From Antedon mediterranea (lineage: Eukaryota > Animalia > Echinodermata), in assembly GCF_964355755.1 (NCBI RefSeq), contig NC_092670.1, forward strand, positions 10,774,795 through 10,838,794: a stretch of DNA of 64,000 nt, read 5' to 3'. A model generated the notes under the pieces. The model did no database searches. It worked only from the letters and a program-made list of their open reading frames with translations, and was not told the DNA's origin. A program made the translations under genes and the position numbers. This document shows positions 1 to 11,200 of the stretch, one piece after another (within the stretch, counting starts at the first letter, position 1; the number at the start of each line of letters is the position of its first letter).

Positions 1-441
1 AGCCAATAATCTATCGTTTCAACAATAATATATGACAGTTTAAGTATTAAGATAAGTATATTTCTAATACTCATTTACCTAGGCCTAGTAGTAGGCCTAA
101 AAATACTAGGCCTACTAATAGTAATACTAGCGAGGCTACTAAACAATCTAGGCGCTAATAGAATTAGGCCGCGTAGCCTAGCAATTTAGCTACCAGACTA
201 TAGCTAGGTACTGTAGGCGGCGCGGGTATGTGCGTAATCAGCAGTCACTTCGATCGGTCGTGACGGTCTGTTGTGTTTTTAAATTGTATTCACATACCTA
301 TAATAACAAACAAGTTAGCTGCTATATTATAGGCCTTCTTAGTTAGTTCTTCTAGGGACTAGGCTAGTTACACAGCGTCAGAGAGTCTGAGAACGTCAGA
401 CTCAATTTACTTACAAGTTACAGTAATATCCTACCCTTATA

Positions 442-2786
442 ATGTCGGTGAAGAGTAAGAAGAAAAGTAGTTGTAGTAGCAGGCCTGTCCCTATTATTAG
501 GCCTAGACCTAGTAGTAGTAGTACGAGCAGTAGCCTTAGTAGGAATAACATTAACAGTAGCCCTCGTAGTAGTAGTAGGCCTACTAAGCCTATTATTAAG
601 ACCAATGGAACATGGACTCCAGGACAAATCCGCCTACTATTAGATATCCGGGGTGAGGCTGCCGTCAATACCATGGTGAATGGTACAAGCAGGGATCGTC
701 GTTGCTACGACAAAGTAGCAGAGAGACTAAAGGTCAGTTTGAAATGGTAACTAATAATTAATACAATACAATAGACCTAGGCTAGGCCTAGTAAATACTG
801 TAGGTAATAAATGATTACACTGACCTACTGTGTACTTCCTTTATTGTTATTCATGCGGCTGATTTAGAATATATTCTGTGTATTAAATTGAATATTTATT
901 GCGAGTGACTGACTTTTTTGTTGTTTTTTAGGAAATGGGTGTTTTAGATAAAACACATGCCCATATCGTGTATAAACTTAAGGCATTAAAGGCACAATTT
1001 TTTAAAATTTTACGACTGAATAAGACATCGGGAGAAAGGAGACAGAGCTATGAATTTTATGATCAGTGCCAGGCAATATGGGGAAACTCAGCATTAGCTA
1101 AACCTTTAAATATAATAAGTGCTGTACATAGAGAGCAAGAGTCATCCGACAGCAGTGATGATGAGGAAGGCACTTCAATGTCGACTGTACAGATAGATGA
1201 AAATAATGATATACCAGTTGGTAAGTTTTATACTATTTTTGGGTAATATCACTTAAGTCCTTGTTGAACGGTATTACAATTGGTAAAATTACAAATAACG
1301 TTAAAAAGCATAACATATTATAGTACTGTAATTATTTGAAAGTTTTATTACTTGTACAATTTAAAACTTGTTTATATTGCACAACAGCATAGCATTCAAT
1401 TCATCTAAAAAGTAAGACAGATTACTAAAAAAAAATTATTTTGTAATGCTCATTTACAACTGAAAAATTAACTAAAATTACTAATCAGGTTTCAATAAAT
1501 ATTGGAGTAATGAGAAAACTTCAATATATTTTACCAACAAATATTCTTTTTTCATTATAATATCATGCTTCTTCAATATTTGTCATATTGTACTTTGTTA
1601 TGGGAACTATTACAAATAAACATTTTCAATGCCCATGTATTACCACACGGTAACTTCAAAGTTTGACCATCTCTTTAAATTACAGAAAAAAGCGCTTTGT
1701 ATTTGTTCTAAATCAACTTATCTAGCTCATACCAAACCACTCTTAAAAATTTAAAACATAAAATATTTTTGATATCAATAGTTTGCAATCTGCTTTTTTT
1801 ATGTACAAATACGAAAATAATAAACTCATGAAATCATTTAATAACTACTTAACTTTATGAAACATAGTCAACTAAATAGGCATAATACACGCAATGCAAA
1901 TGATTATCTTTTACCTAAATGTACAAACAATTTGATCAAGAACTCTATTAAATACCAATAAGCTTAATTATGGAATTCAATCCATGTAGATATTAAAAAT
2001 GCATCTACAACTTCTAAATTTAAATTAGTATACAAGAACTATTTACTTTCAAGATATGATGCATGGCTTATTTGTATGTTGATACATTTTATCAAAACTA
2101 ATTTCAGTGATTGCCAATGCAATTGTTGATATGCAAATGGTAGAAAGAGGATTAGATGCAGAGGGAGAACAAGCAGCAGAAGAGGAGGAAGAACAAGAAG
2201 AAGCATCAGCAGAAGCATCAGCTGAAGAAGAAGAAGAGGTTGCTGTACCAGTTGCAGAACCAGCATTACCTGCAAGAAGTAGGTGGTGGCAATTACTTAC
2301 TTTAAAAATTCATAAATAAAGTTTAACAGAAAGTGTTTGGTCTAACCGTGGCAACATTTTTTGTCAAGACCCACTTAATTTACTTTCATCAACATTTTCA
2401 ATTTTTTTCAGTTTTTTGGCAGAGTATAAATTAAAATATAAAATTTCATGTATGCATTTTTAGGACCACCAAAAAAGGCCAAAAAGAAGACTAAACTACA
2501 GGAAACTCTGGATGCGGTCACTGGCTCATTAGTTCAGGTCATGGGGGAGCAAAACCGGCAATTTGCTGAAGAAGAAAGACAGAGAGAGGAGCGACATCAG
2601 ATGGCGAATGACAACTTGGTAAGGCAGCATAACGAAAATATGCAAACAATGATGGCATCTTTTCAAGAAAGCCAGAGGCAGACATTGGCAATGCTTGCCC
2701 AATTTTTGCAACATCCCCGCCCTAATTACACTCTGCCTCCAATGCTTCCCAATTATAATCCTCACCCACAAAATCCTCCACAATAA
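442..2786 (+). CDS. Harbinger Myb/SANT-like (trihelix-type) DNA-binding protein, ~357 aa, 4 exons
   Basis: Exons 442-732, 932-1220, 2108-2278, 2464-2786; all introns GT-AG with matching phases (0,1,1); 1074 nt open. Motifs WTPGQIRLLL..YDKVAERLKEMG..KLKALKAQF..YEFYDQCQAIWG, then an acidic linker and a coiled-coil/Pro-rich C-terminus. The start codon is uncertain. Confidence 0.85.
1455..2060 (+). mobile_element. Decayed 3' fragment of a CR1/L2-group LINE in intron 2 of the Myb-like gene
   Basis: Frameshifted translation (IGVMRKLQYILP..LFKLQKKA..AHTKPL..FFMYKY..LWNSIH) parallels the ORF2 C-terminus at 33400-33984. Confidence 0.7.
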
Positions 2787-3048
2787 AATAACTTGTTTTA
2801 AATGAATACATTAATTAATACATATGTTCCTTATGCTGTCTCACCAAGTTGTTATATAATTATATTGAATTTATAATAAATAAAAATTATTATTAAGGTA
2901 AGATATGTACTACATTAATAAAATATTGATTAAACTACTAAACTGTATTTGAAAATGACCCATTCATACAGTATTTATAATTAACAAATGGTGTACAAAA
3001 ATAAAATTAAAAAAACAAAGCTTATTGGTATTTGAATTACTTTTTAAA

Positions 3049-5635
3049 TTAAATCGTGAGGTATGCTGCAATAGCATCTCTTATTTCAGATGCTCTTTCA
3101 GGTCGGTCATTAATTGGATCTTCATCTGGTTGAATCAAACCATGCTGCACCTCTTCATTTATTGTTACATCCCACTGTGGGTTATACACATCTTTGTGAA
3201 TTTCACAAAAGTTGTGCAACACACAGCAGGCTGCAACAATGTCACTTGAAAATATTGTGGAGGTGTCGTTGCGCTTAAGTAGTCGTCTCCATCGCCCTTT
3301 AAGTCTTCCAAAGGCGTTTTCCACTACAACTCTGGCTGAACTTAATTGCCGGTTGAAATGACGTTGGGTTGGAGTTAGGTGGTTGTTGTTGATGTAACCT
3401 TTCATCAACCATGGCTGCAACGGATATGCAGGATCGCCAATTAAACACACTGGGACATTCAACCCACTCAACTGCTTGTTTTTCTACAAACACAAAAGGG
3501 GAAATGACATATTATGTACTGTACAGTATCTAAATTGCATTTCATGTAAAATAAAATGTTTTATGTATAGTAATATTCAAACATGTTTAAGAAACGTACC
3601 TCTGCACTGAAGAGTAGGCCATTGTTGTTGGCAGCTAATTCAGGCAGAGCTGAGTGGGCAAAGACCCTAGCATCGTGTGTGCGACCTGGCCATCCTGCAT
3701 ATATATCAGTAAATCTGTAAAATTATTAATAAACCTTAAAACCAGTGCTATAAATACATTATTGATACTTTTTACGTCAGCTGTTAAATTTTATCAAGAA
3801 TGGTGTGTGTGTGTGAAAGAATATCATTCAGTTACTGTTAAGGATACAGTATACCAGTTACGGTAACTCATGACATTAATTGTTATATGGTACCTATACT
3901 TATGGTCCACAACGGCTTGAAGAATGATGCTGTACCATCCTTTCCTGTTGTGATAGTCCGCCTTGTTCTCTGATGGGCCGAGAACCGGAAGGTGGGTACC
4001 ATCAATGGCGCCAGCACATTGTGGAAAACCTTTCTGTTCAAATCCACTGATGGTATCATCTAATCTCTGACCTGTATATTTGTAAATAAAAAATGCCATT
4101 TGGTAAATGATGAAATAAATAAGTTGTACAATATTGTTAAAGAGGTACAGTATTGTCCCACAAAAACATGGAAGATGAGGATTAAAAAAAAACTTTGAAT
4201 AGGCCATTTTTTTTTCGTAGAAAGAAAATACAGAATAATCGGATAAATTCAACAAAAAACTTCCAGTCAATTTGACTTTTTTTTTAAAATTACAGATTGT
4301 TATGAAAAAAAAATCGATTTTTATGATCCAAGTTTTTTTTTTCAGGGGAAAAATAACTATGTTGTATTTTTATAATAAAAAAAATAAAATATTCGCATAT
4401 ACCCTTTGGCAGTGAAATATAGCGTTGAAGAAACTCTCTGTTCTTTAAGGCAGCCACAACTTGATGTGCTATTGTGCATAGCGTCGATATTCCTATTCCA
4501 AACATATTGGCCAGTGACCTGACAATTTAAAAAAAAGCATTTTGTTATAGTCAGGAGGTAATATAGCTAATAACATTTTGAGTTATCAATTATGGTATGG
4601 TGCAGAGTGAATTTTCATTATGCCTAGCCATATTACGAGCCATATTATAAGGGAAATTAAATCTTTTTTATAAGTTTTTGTTTTGTTTATATAGGCCTAG
4701 TAAACATAGTAAAAGCAAACTATTGACCCCCAAACAAATGATGAAAATTGTAACAAAGTGTTACAATTTCCTCACGACGCGCAAAAGCCCTTGGCATTTG
4801 CACGCATCGGCTGTATATCATTCATTTGTGACTCTAACTTCTCGGTGTGTAGGTGCTACGTGTAGGCTCACATGGCCTAAGCCTAGATTAAAAAGATATA
4901 GGAAATAGTTCTGATATAGCCTTATATTTTTATTGACTCATGTAGTGGACATATACAGTATCTAATTCCAAGGTAGGAGTAAAAGAATTTAGAGAATGTA
5001 GGAGGCCTATGCCTATATTTAGTTTCAAAAAGAGTGGGCTGATCTCAGTATAGTAATTAATTTACTGATTGATTGATTGAAGGGAATCTTTGTTATTCCT
5101 ATGTATGACATATAGTAGAATTAAATAAATTATCAATCACTAGAGAGATAGATACAATACAGTACCTATATTCGGTTGGTGTTGCCAACCACCAAAGAGT
5201 GATTCCAACTCGTTCCTGATATGGGATTGATCGCCGGAAGTTTGTGTCGCTCTTCTCTATCTGGGGCCTCAATAACTCGCATAAATTATTAAATGTATCG
5301 CGACACATGCGAAAATGCGAACGAAAAATTTGATTATTATAATGATTGACTTCATAAGTCCAAAATAAACGTCCATACTCTCTGTTTCGAGCCCATAGGC
5401 CTCGCTCGATCGTTGAAGATCTGACGGTCGCCGCGATCAAGTGGGCCGTGATGGTTTGTTGCTGCAGCCTACAGAATCTCTCACGACGATGGACGCGTCC
5501 TCTTCTGAAATTGGAATTGCTTTCATTTATAGAAAAACTTAACTGTTGATTGGCGTTGTTGATTTGTAATAAAAAAAGGTAATTATTTGATAACATGTGA
5601 TTAATTAGTAAAATTGATTGATTTTGATCGTCCAT
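3049..5635 (-). CDS. Harbinger (HARBI1-like) DDE transposase, ~437 aa, 5 exons
   Basis: Exons 5635-5166, 4518-4403, 4071-3894, 3714-3600, 3483-3049; GT-AG, phases 2,1,2,0; 1314 nt open. Motifs FRSHFRMCRDTF, GAIDGTH, YHNRKGWYS, GWPGRTHDARV, GDPAYP, RVVVENAFGRLKGRWR, ACCVLHNF. Confidence 0.93.
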
Positions 5636-5812
5636 CGTCGCGATGTAAACGAACAGAATAGAGGGCGGTATTTATATTTTTATTTAAAAAACTCCGGAGT
5701 TGCTAGGTTGGTGTGAAAGGGGTATCTCCGGAGTTTCTCGACGTTTTGAATGGTCATAAACCCCGGGGTGTCTCCGGAGACACTCCGGAGTTTTGGTGTG
5801 AAAGGGGTATAA

Positions 5813-6090
5813 GCGGCAATCTCTCTCTATGGTCTATTACGAGAGGTGGTGGTCCTTTGGAAGAGGTGGTCGCTTACGAGTTGGTTGATCATGATAAGCT
5901 TTCCCTAATGAGAGGATATGGTCGCTTACGAGAAGTGGTCCTTTAAAAGAGGTGGTCACTTACGAGAGGTAGTGGTCGTTAAGAGAAGTTGTTCCTTAGG
6001 AGAGGTCACTAACGAGAGGTGATGAACGTTTAAGAGAGGTGGTCACTTATCAGAGGTGGTCGATTATGAGAAGCTTTCTCTTAGAGAGAA
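5813..6090. repeat. Degenerate GAGAGGTGGTCGCTTAC-type tandem repeat, probably internal to a non-autonomous DNA element
   Basis: About 10 imperfect copies of gagaggtggtc(g/a)ctt immediately right of the Harbinger terminus. Confidence 0.6.
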
Positions 6091-7223
6091 ACGTTGTCAG
6101 TATATTAGCCAAAAAAGTCAAAGATTTTAGTTAAGTTTAATTTAGTTAAATGTAAAATTATTTTTCCAGTTAAAGAGAGCTGATAAACTTATTTTTTTTA
6201 TTTCGATATTTTGTATATAAAACATTGGTTTATGTTGTACCTTTGTCGAAAGCTAGGCCTAGCTCTTTCTTTTTTCGTGATCCACAGCCGTCGGGAGCCA
6301 TTCTATACACATCGTCGACTGCGATAAATTTGAGGTCATATTCTTTGATTATAGGTCAGCGATGATAGAGGTATCACTGCCGTTGAATGTATGAATATTT
6401 TGAATTACACTCATCATGGGTATAATATTTTACATAAACGTCTGGATCTAATTAGAATTTTCACAGCCGCTATATGCTCGCTACTCCTTAAAAATGTTGC
6501 CGTGAAGCAAAAAACGACTGGATTTGGAGAACACATGTTTTTGGTTCTACCTTCCGTTTCTATCGATATATTCTATACATTTGAGTTACAGTATACACTA
6601 TTAATATTTATAATTATTGGTTCCTTGGTAGGCCTACTTTTTAGTCCTTTTATCAATTGTTACATAATAATCTGATCTAGGATAGTAGGATACTGCTAGA
6701 CTAGATAGTAGTTAAACAACATGGTTTTTATTTGTGTTTCGATTCGGACTGCAACAAAAATCGTGAAGCCGGCCCTTGTTGGTATGCGAGAACGGTGTTG
6801 TGGATGGCCGACGTACTCTCGCAGACATTTTCTCTGATTTTGCAGGCGGCGAATTCGATCAAGGTGGACCGATAGGAGACCAATACCAAACTACGGAGGT
6901 GAGTAATTGTTCGGTAAAAATGTTCATATAGAAGTAACAAAACTGTAGGCTAGCATATTGTCGCGAGAGAGTGTAGAGTTTGCCTATCCATAGAGGGGCG
7001 AATCGACCCGGCTGGGTTGAAACTGTCCCATATATATAGGCTAGATGTTTACGGACGTGTTCGGGTACATGACCCACGTCCTGTTTAAAATATGTGTGTA
7101 TGCATTGATATTCCCTCCCTCTTTGGATGTCATATTATCATATTATTGTCATGTTCAGAATTCTTTCAACACAACTGAATTTACCATATATTTACCCCTA
7201 CTCTTTTTCATTCTTTATTCTAG

Positions 7224-7571
7224 TGTGAAGAATGCCTCAAGTGGCGAGTATGTTATGCAGCACATGTTCTGAAGCGTGACCAAGGGCAGCTCTTGGAACG
7301 AGAACTGGACACACTGTCGTATTCATGTGGAACTTGTTTTCAAGACATCCTGGGAGAGGACGATTCTATTGTTTTTGTCAATGACAAAATGACATGTGCC
7401 CTGCCTCTCGAAGCAGCTTATTACATAACATTCACAGACCCCCTGTGCTTTTATTGTGGAACTGAGCACAATTTATCAATTGAGAACATGAATTATCCAC
7501 TTTGTAGTGAATGCAAGGAATCAGGCAAAACACCCAAAAGGAAAAACACTAGAGCATTTGTGCCACAGTAG
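7224..7571 (+). pseudogene. Orphan Cys-rich terminal exon, probably the C-terminal zinc-binding region of a DNA transposase
   Basis: Polypyrimidine tract + AG at 7222-7223, then open CEECLKWRVCY..YSCG..TCALPLEAAYY..CFYCG..YPLCSECK to a stop. A TIR-like end (TTTATTCAAGAAAATACGG-TA) lies at ~7785-7807. The superfamily is not established. Confidence 0.5.
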
Positions 7572-8264
7572 GCTAATAATATCCAGAAGTTTGATATAAA
7601 GTCAAAGTGTACAAAAAGGACTTTTATTGTGACCCCCTGATAAAAAAAAAAAAAGGTGTATTTTAATATTTGCTGTTCTGTATACTTATGTTTGTTTAGA
7701 CATCTTACAGTACTTACCATATTTATTTGAATTGTCAGGAAGGGTGTATGCGAGGGGTGGGAGTGATTTTTATTCATAGCGGCATGTTTATTCAAGAAAA
7801 TACGGTAGTGAGTCGCCATCTTGGAAAAATAAAAAATAAAAAATAAAAAGAGCCTCTTCCTTCCTTTTTTTAGAAAACCAGGACGATCAACTGTTGTTTT
7901 TTTTTACATGGCCTAATCATATTGTAACATGTTTTTACGTTCGGGAAATTCGGCTGTTAATACTCCAATTTCAACACACAGTCTTATACCTGGTAAAGAT
8001 ACTAGCCCGATTACCCCATCACCCACCTCATTAACACAACTGGATTTAGCCCTTTCTGGCAACACTTCAACATAATTTTCAGCCTGTAACGTCCCACTGC
8101 TGGGCAACGTTTCTCTGCTAAATCATGACATTATTTTCAATAATAAATGATTTCTGTCCACGCTGAACCCTGGCAGTACTTACAGTAATGATGATGCACC
8201 GTTTTCGTTTTTTGGAATGAAGTAATAATTAAGGATATCTTAGAATATTGCCTACACTTCTTAC

Positions 8265-11200
8265 CGTCCAATTGCCACTTTCCCTAATGTCACAGTACAC
8301 AGCAAACTCTGGTCCTCCATCACATGGCTGCATCACATATTCACCACTCACAGCAGGATAACATTGTAAAATGTCTCCACAGCCCCTCATAAAACACTCT
8401 AAAATGTACAAAGTTTGATGTGTTTAACACATCAAACTATATTTTAGTAATTTTATTAATACATTTAGGCCTACTCAATTTTGTATTTAAACTTTGTACT
8501 TTCAGAGAAAAGGATTAGTAAGGCAGGATACGAATCATTGGGACCGAAGAAGACCAGTAAGACAGGATACGAAATATCGGGATCGAAGAGGACCAGTAAG
8601 ACAGGATACGAATCGTCGGGACCGAAGAGGACCAGTAAGGCAGGATACGAATCATCGAGACCGAAGAGGATCGGTAAGGCAGGATACGAATCATCAAAAC
8701 CGAAGAGGATCAGTAAGACAGGATACGAATCACCGGGACCGAAGAGAACCAGTAAGGCAGGATACGAATTATCGGGACCGAAGAGAACCAGTAAGGCAGG
8801 ATACGAATCATCGGGACCGAAGAGGATCAGTAAGGCAGGATACGAATCATCGGAACCGATGAGGACCAGTAAGGCGGGATACGAATCATCGGGACCGAAG
8901 AGGACCAGTAAGGCAGGATACGAATCATCGGGACCGAGGAGGACCAGTAAGGCAGGATACGAAATATCGGGATCGAAGAGGATCGGTAAGGCAGGATACG
9001 AATCATCGGGACCGAAGAGGACTAGTAAGGCAGGATACGAATCATCGGGACCGAAGAGGACCAGTAAGGCGGGATACGAATCATCGGGACCGAAGAGGAC
9101 CAGTAAGGCAGGATACGAATCATCGGGACCGAAGAGGATCAGAAGGCGGGATACGAATCATCGGGACCGAAGAGGACCAGTAAGGCAGGATACGAATCAT
9201 CGGAAGAGGACCAGTAAGGCAGGATACGAATCATCGAGACCGAAGAGGACCAGTAAGGTGGGATACGAATCATCGGAAGAGGACCATTAAGGGAGGATAC
9301 GAATCATCGGAAGAGGACCAGTAAGGCAGGATACGAATCATCGGAAGAGGACCAGTAAGGCAGGATACGAATCATCGAGACCGAAGAGAACCAGTAAGGG
9401 AGGATACGAATCATCGAGACCGAAGAGAACCAGTAAGGCAGGATACGAATCATCGGGACCGAAGAGGACCAGTAAGACAGGATACGAATCATCGGGACCG
9501 AAGAGGACCAGTAAGGCAGGATACGAATCATCGAGACCGAAGAGGACCAGTAAGGCAGGATACGAATCATCGGAAGAGGACCATCAAGGGAGGATACGAA
9601 TCATCGGGACCGAAGAGGACCAGTAAGACAGGATACGAATCATCGGGACCGAAGAGGACCAGTAAGACAGGATACGAATCATCGAGACGGAAGAGGACCA
9701 TTGAGGGAGGATACGAATCATCGGAAGAGGACCATTAAAGCAGGATATGAATCATCGGAAGAGGACCATTAAGGGAGGATACGAATCATCGGAAGAGGAC
9801 CATTAAGGGAGGATACGAATCATCGGAAGAGGACCATCAAGGGAGGATACGAATCATCGGAAGAGGACCATCAAGGGATCAGATTCGAATCATCGGAAGA
9901 GGACCATCAAGGGAGGATACGAATCATCGGAAGAGGACCATTAAGGGAGGATACGAATCATCGGAAGAGGACCATCAAGGGAGGATACGAATCATCGGAA
10001 GAGGACCATCAAGGGAGGATACGAATCATCGGAAGAGGACCATCAAGGGAGGATACGAATCATCGGAAGAGGACCATCAAGGGAGGATACGAATCATCGG
10101 AAGAGGACCATTAAGGGAGGATACGAATCATCGGAAAAGGACCATTAAGGGAGTGTTTAATTGCAGGAATGGCTCAAAGATTTTAAGACATATTGTACAC
10201 ATTATTATTTAGATCTAGATGTAAAGTTTGATGCCATATTAAGTCATTTGGGGGATCGGCTAAGGAAACTAGGTACATTACCAAATGTCCATATTGGGTA
10301 CAAGTAAAAATTCCAGAAAAGCCATTCAAGTATTACAAACTTTTTTACCGTTCTGGGGGACAATTACATCTTTAAGCGTGAGGTTAGCACTCGTAAAAAA
10401 GAAAAGCATTACATTCAGTTGGTAAATTAACTTCTTTAAACATGACTGACAAATTAATAAATAACATTTTGAATTAAACTAAATATATACAGTAGAATGG
10501 ACAGAAAAGGAGAAAGAAATACTATAAAAAAAATCAAACAAAGAAGAAACTTCGTCCGTTTATGTATTGAATTGGAAAAGTTGTGTATTGAGGGCGCTGC
10601 GTTGTCATTCTGTAATTAAACATACAGGTGATTGTGTGTGATATAATGCCGTGCGTAAGCAGAGCGGGTCTTTTGTTCGTTACAGTTGTTATTTTGCATT
10701 TGCAGTTGTTAGCATATATGTAAGTTATTGTATTATATACTGTATTTAGCAACTGAATTACATGTAATTTACTTGGTTATAATAACATTACAGTTCTTGT
10801 TCATATCGTAGGCCTATGTAGGCCTATAAGCAATTTACCAAACTAATAATCATGCTGTGCTTAGCAATAAATGAGTCTTACATTTACAATATTTATCTTA
10901 GTTTTGATATGTTTCGAATGATTTTCGGGCGACTATTATATGTAGTCAATGTGCTCGATCAGAAGTAATGGGTCCACACATGTGTTTAGGGCAAGTTGCC
11001 GTGTCACGAACATCAAAGAAATTAGAAACCCTGTCTAATGAGGAAAATGTTAAAAGATACTAACATCAAAACAAAGGTAAAATGTGTAAAATATAGTCTG
11101 ATATCGGGTAATAAATACATAGTTTTAAGTATTATAATAGGATACAGTTTTCCTTCTGTAGTTAAATTAATTAAATTAACTAAAACTAAACTTTAGTACT

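Larger units (their letters stand above)
1..5809. mobile_element. Autonomous-looking PIF/Harbinger DNA transposon (left end outside window)
   Basis: Convergent Myb/SANT-like and DDE transposase genes, the standard Harbinger two-gene layout. Right terminus GGTGTGAAAGGGGTA ends at 5809 and is followed by TAA, a typical Harbinger target. The same terminus forms the TIR of MITEs at 17536 and 22075. Confidence 0.9.

Noticed and set aside
411-674. Leu-rich and Thr-rich minus-strand ORFs (also 2039-2275, 2529-2783)
   Set aside because: Antisense shadows of low-complexity exons of the Myb-like gene.
5713-5946. Short ORFs over the Harbinger TIR and MITEs (also 17503-17745)
   Set aside because: GC-rich palindromic terminal sequence that lacks stops by chance; the frame crosses element boundaries.
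7230-7272. ASSGEYVMQ in ORF 7045-7272 resembling FReD exon 2 (VSGEYVMQP)
   Set aside because: Coincidence: opposite strand, no other FReD motif, and the meaningful frame is the Cys-rich one.
7913-8118. Possible minus-strand exon downstream of paralog 1 exon 2
   Set aside because: Plausible splice dinucleotides, but no similarity to FReD exon 3 or any domain I recognise.
8481-9290. 269-aa repetitive ORF (SKAGYESSGPKRT)n
   Set aside because: By-product of a 39-bp (multiple of 3) minisatellite. Several frames are open, it has no ATG start, and the frame is lost where units become 34 bp.
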